Source: Promethearchaeota archaeon | Lineage (GTDB): Archaea; Asgardarchaeota; Lokiarchaeia; Sigyniarchaeales; SOKP01 | Direction of reading: 5' to 3' | Length of the DNA: 20,063 nucleotides | NCBI GenBank assembly: GCA_048941285.1 | Contig: JBHLNS010000053.1 | Location: forward strand, 1 to 20,063 | Part shown: in pieces, positions 15,551-20,063 of the stretch | Position numbering within the stretch: the stretch's first letter is position 1 | Layout of the letters: every line of letters starts with the position of its first letter | Position numbers and translations under genes: made by a program | The notes under the pieces: model-generated | Databases searched by the model: none | What the model saw: only the letters and a program-made list of their open reading frames with translations | Told to the model about the DNA's origin: nothing

Positions 15551-18283
15551 ATGCGAATTCTGGATAAAAAGAATACAGTTAAATTAGCAACTGTAATGAT
15601 TATGGCGGCGATATTCATGACAATCTTCTCAATTCCACTGATAAGTATAATAGCGCCTCTAGGAGACATACTTTTTCCTGGTAGTGGGTTATGGAATGTT
15701 CCAGGGGAAGTCTCTGAACATGAAACGCTTTATATCCCTAAATTAAATAGTTCAGTAACAATTTACCGTGATGAGTGGGGAATTCCTCATATCTATGCCT
15801 TTAATGAAGAGGATTTAAGTTTTGCTTTAGGTTATGTTCATGCCCAAGATAGATTATTCCAAATGGATTTGGCTCGACGCAATGTAAGGGGTAAACTCTC
15901 TGAAGTAGTGGGAGATATGGCTATAAATGAAGATAAATATAATCTTGCGATGGGAATGGAATATTGGGCAAATAAAAGTCTCTATAATCTAATACAGATG
16001 CAAATAGATGGAAAAAGTGATCTCATCGATTTAGTAAATTACTATGCAGACGGAGTAAACTATTATATATGTAACCATCAAAATGATTTACCTATTGAAT
16101 ATGCAATATTAGGCTTTAAGCCTGTAAAATGGAGTGCTTTAGATACACTATGTTTTATAAAATATATGAGTAAAATGCTTACTTGGGGATACGACGATCT
16201 ATATAGATTACAAAGTTTAGAAGCTCTAGGTGCTGCAGATTATTCTGAATTGATGTCGATGGCTACATATGGCCAGATTCCGATATGTCCTAATTATGGA
16301 GAATTCAATGACAGCTCAGAGCTCTCATTCAATGGTGGTCCACTAAAAGTAAGCTCAAAAGTTATAGACACTATTTCTAATTTTTTAAGAAATGTGGAAT
16401 CAATCCCATCAGAGAAAGAGTTAATTGAACATAAAGAAGACAACATTATAGGATCTAATAATTGGGTTGTTGATGGAATAAAAAGTAGTACAGGGAAACC
16501 GATTTTATGTAATGATATGCATTTAGCGTGGAATATGCCTGGAATATGGTATGAGGCACATTTAGTTGCTGAAAGTACAGGCTTAAATGTATATGGGTTT
16601 ACTCTTGCAGGTGGTAATGTTGTTGTAGTAGGGCATAATGAACATGTAGCATGGGGCTTTACAAACACAGGTTATGATGTTATGGACTGGTATTATTATG
16701 AAGAAGTAGATTCTGATCATTATATACATAATGGTGTAATAAAAGAGTATACAAAAAGAACTTATAATATAAAAGTAAAAGATGAAGGAACTCAAATCTT
16801 TACCGTTAAAGATACCGTCCATGGTCCTGTTCTTAACGATTTTTTAGGTGGTGCTGTTCCTGATTCTCTTGATACAACTAATATTGTTTTGGCTCCTAAA
16901 TGGACAGGAAATAATGTAACTAAAGAATTTTTAGCATTATATGGGTATAACCATGCGCAAAATAGAGCAGATTTTAACCAATCTTCTACTTACTTTCATT
17001 GTCCAGCTCAAAATCATGTATACGCCGATATTGATGGAAATATTGCTATTAGACCAACAGGATTAGTTCCTATAAGAGATGATAGCTTAATTGAGGCTTG
17101 GCACTATGGTAATGGTACTTTGCCATACAATGGAACAAAGGGTGAAGGCGAGTGGATTGGCTATATACCTTTTGAAGAGTTACCAAATACGGAAAATCCG
17201 TCCCAACATTATTTGGCATCGGCAAATCAAATAGCGGTGGGACCTAATTATAAAAAATATGCTCTTCAAAATAGTTATGCTGCAGGTTATCGAGCAAGAC
17301 GGATTAATGAATTACTTCAAAATGCCCCAGATGGAACAGTGGGTGTTGAAAAGATGAAGGAGATTCAACTCGATGTCAAATCGACACCTGCTAGGGCTTT
17401 CATCCCATATCTGATAAATGCAACGGAAGCGTTACCTACATCTCAAAAAACTCCTCTAATATTAGATGTCTTAACTCAATTAAAGAATTGGGATTATGAT
17501 ATGGATAAAGACTTAGCAGCTCCAACGATCTATCGTAAATGGAGGGATTATTATATGGATTATACCTTTAATGATGAAATGCAAGCTACTGGAGCCCCAA
17601 TGCAACCACCATTAAATGTATTAGAAAAATTAACTCGAGATGAACCTTCTTCAGATTGGTTTGATGATGTTAACACAGGTATGATTGAAAATAGAAGCCA
17701 GATCATGATTAGAGCACTAAATTCTACAATTGAATTTCTTTTAACATTTTATGATACGGAAGAGGTAAGTAGATGGAGATGGGGAGAAATACATCAATTA
17801 CTTTATCCTCATATAGCAGGTTTAGATCCTTTCGATAAAGGCCCATATGAAGGAGATGGTGAAGGCTACACAGTCAATCCTTCAAGTGCTAGCATAAGAA
17901 GTGGAGTAGGTTATGCCCGAGGGGGCGCTTCAGAAAGGATGATAGTTGATTTAAGTAATTTTCAGAATTCATTGAGTGTTATTCCGTCTGGTCAGAGAGC
18001 TATTGCAAATTCCAAGCATTATTCAGATCAATTAGAACTTTTTATAGAGGGAAAATATCATAAGCAATACTTCTACGCTACAACTGAAGATTTTCCACAA
18101 AATCACATTGAATCTCAAATTAGAATTTTCGCAACGGAAGACCCTGCATTTATAATTATATTGACGACATCTTTTATCCTTGGATTCTCAGTGGGAATTA
18201 TCGTTGTAGTAGTTGGATGGTACAAAAGAGAGTTTCTTCGCGCAAAATTTAAAGAATTAAAAAGGAGATTCAGAGGTGGATAG
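15551..18283 (+). CDS. Penicillin acylase family (peptidase S45) Ntn-hydrolase with N-terminal and C-terminal TM segments
   Basis: 'IYRDEWGIPHIYA', 'GYVHAQDRLFQMD', nucleophile motif 'GSNNW' (Ser302), 'ILCNDMHL', 'WYEAHL', 'GHNEHVAWGFTN', 'TVHGP', 'PAQNHVYADIDGNI', 'SANQ', 'WRWGEIH', 'PSGQ', 'HYSDQ'. Confidence 0.93.
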   Translation: MRILDKKNTVKLATVMIMAAIFMTIFSIPLISIIAPLGDILFPGSGLWNVPGEVSEHETLYIPKLNSSVTIYRDEWGIPHIYAFNEEDLSFALGYVHAQDRLFQMDLARRNVRGKLSEVVGDMAINEDKYNLAMGMEYWANKSLYNLIQMQIDGKSDLIDLVNYYADGVNYYICNHQNDLPIEYAILGFKPVKWSALDTLCFIKYMSKMLTWGYDDLYRLQSLEALGAADYSELMSMATYGQIPICPNYGEFNDSSELSFNGGPLKVSSKVIDTISNFLRNVESIPSEKELIEHKEDNIIGSNNWVVDGIKSSTGKPILCNDMHLAWNMPGIWYEAHLVAESTGLNVYGFTLAGGNVVVVGHNEHVAWGFTNTGYDVMDWYYYEEVDSDHYIHNGVIKEYTKRTYNIKVKDEGTQIFTVKDTVHGPVLNDFLGGAVPDSLDTTNIVLAPKWTGNNVTKEFLALYGYNHAQNRADFNQSSTYFHCPAQNHVYADIDGNIAIRPTGLVPIRDDSLIEAWHYGNGTLPYNGTKGEGEWIGYIPFEELPNTENPSQHYLASANQIAVGPNYKKYALQNSYAAGYRARRINELLQNAPDGTVGVEKMKEIQLDVKSTPARAFIPYLINATEALPTSQKTPLILDVLTQLKNWDYDMDKDLAAPTIYRKWRDYYMDYTFNDEMQATGAPMQPPLNVLEKLTRDEPSSDWFDDVNTGMIENRSQIMIRALNSTIEFLLTFYDTEEVSRWRWGEIHQLLYPHIAGLDPFDKGPYEGDGEGYTVNPSSASIRSGVGYARGGASERMIVDLSNFQNSLSVIPSGQRAIANSKHYSDQLELFIEGKYHKQYFYATTEDFPQNHIESQIRIFATEDPAFIIILTTSFILGFSVGIIVVVVGWYKREFLRAKFKELKRRFRGG

Positions 18284-18284
18284 A

Positions 18285-18752
18285 TTGAAACTTAAAGAGA
18301 TTAAAATTAATATAAGTCCTGAATCTAGAAACTTTTTAATTTCGTTTATAATCACTACAATCATTACATTTATTCTGACCTATATTCCAGTCTGGCAATT
18401 AATCATAATTCCAGGTATAATAGGAGGCCTCCTTAATAAAACTATGAGACGTGGAATATATAGTGGTGTCCTTGGAGTATCAATTGTCTGGCTATTCTAT
18501 ATGATCTATAAAATGAGCGCAAATGATGCCTATACAAACTTAGATCAATTTGCAGGATTAATCTTCGGAGGATTAGGGTATGGCTGGATAATTTTTATCC
18601 TAATCTTATTATTAGGAATTTTATTTGGAGCTTTAGGTGGTGCAATAGGAAGCGGTGTCATGATACTGTTGAGACCTCAATTTGAGAAACGTTTAGTAAA
18701 AACTGTAGAAACAAAAAATTCCACCACTGGTGGAAATAATATAAAAAAATAG
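18285..18752 (+). CDS. Glycine-rich small membrane protein (about 4 TM), coupled to the acylase; start probably TTG at 18285 (track: GTG at 18276)
   Basis: Hydrophobic helices with GxxxG-type zippers (PGIIGGLL, GILFGALGGAIGSG). GAGGTGG lies 5 nt before the TTG. Confidence 0.75.
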   Translation: MKLKEIKINISPESRNFLISFIITTIITFILTYIPVWQLIIIPGIIGGLLNKTMRRGIYSGVLGVSIVWLFYMIYKMSANDAYTNLDQFAGLIFGGLGYGWIIFILILLLGILFGALGGAIGSGVMILLRPQFEKRLVKTVETKNSTTGGNNIKK

Positions 18753-18759
18753 TCTATTA

Positions 18760-18769
18760 TTTTTTTTTT
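18760..18769 (+). terminator. Oligo-T terminator candidate in the 19-nt gap between convergent genes
   Basis: T10 run after the TAG at 18750-18752. The A7 run just before that stop would read as a T-tract for the minus-strand gene. Confidence 0.45.
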
Positions 18770-18771
18770 CT

Positions 18772-20063
18772 TTATTTAATTTTATATTGACTTTTAAGGA
18801 AATTAATAATATAATCCTTAACTTTATCCCTGTCAGGTAAACTGGCTACCATACCGTATACCGCAGCATCTCCATCCGTAGATGCTCCTGGATTTTCAAT
18901 GACTTCATTGACGGTTTCTTTAAGATCTTTCAAGAATACATCAACGATTTCTGCGTGATGTGGATTAACCATCATATGTAAAGCATTTGGGAATTGAATT
19001 CGGTCTAAATGCCACCCTTTTTTATCTAAAAGATCTCCCAAATGATATACATCAATCTTATCGGATGTAAAAGAAAAAACACTCATTATTGGTTTTCCAA
19101 GGATATACAATTCAGGGATTTTATCAATACCTTCGATCAATCTTTTCGAAGCATCCATTACAGTTTTTGCTAAACTCAAATAACCATTCATCCCTAAATG
19201 CCTCATAGCTGCCCAAGCTGCCGCAATTGCACCTCCAGGTCTTGTTCCTCTCATCGATGGTGAAATATAGATACCACCTGACCAATCTGTATAAACTGAA
19301 AATTGATGTTTCCAAATTCTTTCCTTTCGATATAGTATTGTAGATGCTCCTTTTGCTCCGTATCCATATTTGTGGACATCTGCACTAATAGAAGTCACTC
19401 CCGGTACAATAAAATCAAAATCAGATACCTCATAGCCTAGCTTTTTAATAAATGGTAGCATGAATCCTCCAAGACAGGCATCAACATGTAATCCAATATC
19501 ATGTCTTTTAGCGAGTTCCCCAAGTTCTGAAATTGGATCCACCACCCCTCTAGGGAAATCGCAAGCTGAACCAACAAGAAGAATGGTGTTCTCATTAATT
19601 GCGTTTTTCATTGCTTTTACATCTGCTTGATGTGTATTTTGATTTACTGGAACTCTTACTGATTTAACTTTGAAGTAGTCTGCTCCTTTTTCAAAAGCAG
19701 GATGTGCTGAACTTGGTAATACCATTTCTGGCTCTTTAATATTAGGAAAATTTTCTGCTGCCCAGTCTCTATATGTCTTTACTGCCATTAAGATGCTTTC
19801 AGTACCTCCAGAGGTCATACTACCACAACATCTCTTATCTCCATTAAAAAGATCTATAGCCATAGAAATTACTTCTGTTTCAAATTTCTTTAAGCTAGGG
19901 AAGGCTATAGGACTCAACGCATTCTTGGAAAAAAACATTGTATAGGCTTTTTTAAGCATTTCTGTATGTTCATCAGTAGCATGATATACTAAACTCCATA
20001 CTTTTCCATCTCTCCAATTTATATCATCCTTACGTATTTCTTCCATTTCTTTCAAGAGATCAG
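18772..20063 (-). CDS. Sphingosine-1-phosphate-lyase-like PLP-dependent enzyme (group II decarboxylase fold); 5' end probably outside the window
   Basis: 'WRDGK..SLVYH', 'FPSLKKFETEV', 'TSGGTESI', 'SAHPAFEKG', 'HVDACLGGF', PLP lysine in 'SISADVHKYGYGAKG', 'WSGGIY.SP', 'GTRPGG'. The frame stays open from the tracked TTG to the window edge. Confidence 0.85.
   Translation of the reverse strand, partial: DLLKEMEEIRKDDINWRDGKVWSLVYHATDEHTEMLKKAYTMFFSKNALSPIAFPSLKKFETEVISMAIDLFNGDKRCCGSMTSGGTESILMAVKTYRDWAAENFPNIKEPEMVLPSSAHPAFEKGADYFKVKSVRVPVNQNTHQADVKAMKNAINENTILLVGSACDFPRGVVDPISELGELAKRHDIGLHVDACLGGFMLPFIKKLGYEVSDFDFIVPGVTSISADVHKYGYGAKGASTILYRKERIWKHQFSVYTDWSGGIYISPSMRGTRPGGAIAAAWAAMRHLGMNGYLSLAKTVMDASKRLIEGIDKIPELYILGKPIMSVFSFTSDKIDVYHLGDLLDKKGWHLDRIQFPNALHMMVNPHHAEIVDVFLKDLKETVNEVIENPGASTDGDAAVYGMVASLPDRDKVKDYIINFLKSQYKIK

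Noticed and set aside
16294-16822. Two minus-strand ORFs (124 aa and 79 aa)
   Set aside because: Antisense to the conserved catalytic region of the acylase.
19124-19315. 63-aa minus-strand ORF in an alternative frame
   Set aside because: Nested out of frame inside the SPL-like gene; no RBS or motif.

Overview
AT-rich (roughly 30% GC by eye), gene-dense window that most likely comes from an Asgard archaeon of the Lokiarchaeia/Promethearchaeota type. This assignment is an inference from the standalone longin-like gene, archaeal-style GGTRR ribosome-binding sites and T-tract terminators. Most genes are accessory metabolic or transport genes: two or three class I SAM methyltransferases, two MFS transporters, an EFR1 flavodoxin-ferredoxin, SagB-type and ferredoxin-fused nitroreductases, a PNPOx-like protein, an MBL-fold alkyl sulfatase, an M50-like membrane protease, an ICMT/PEMT-like methyltransferase, a doubly membrane-anchored penicillin-acylase-family amidase and a 5'-truncated sphingosine-1-phosphate-lyase-like enzyme. 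No rRNA, tRNA, CRISPR array or mobile element was seen. The ORF track misses or underplays several signals. (i) A 37-aa ORF (10818-10931) made only of K/A/P/G resembles a linker-histone H1 C-terminal tail, and its tandem copies differ only at synonymous sites. (ii) A protein carries 21 EPIYE/EPVYE/EPVYA/ESVYE tyrosine motifs in an acidic proline-rich array. (iii) There is a small Sm/Hfq-like ORF and an unannotated DUF4177-like ORF. (iv) A constant RBS spacing points to ATT and ATA start codons.
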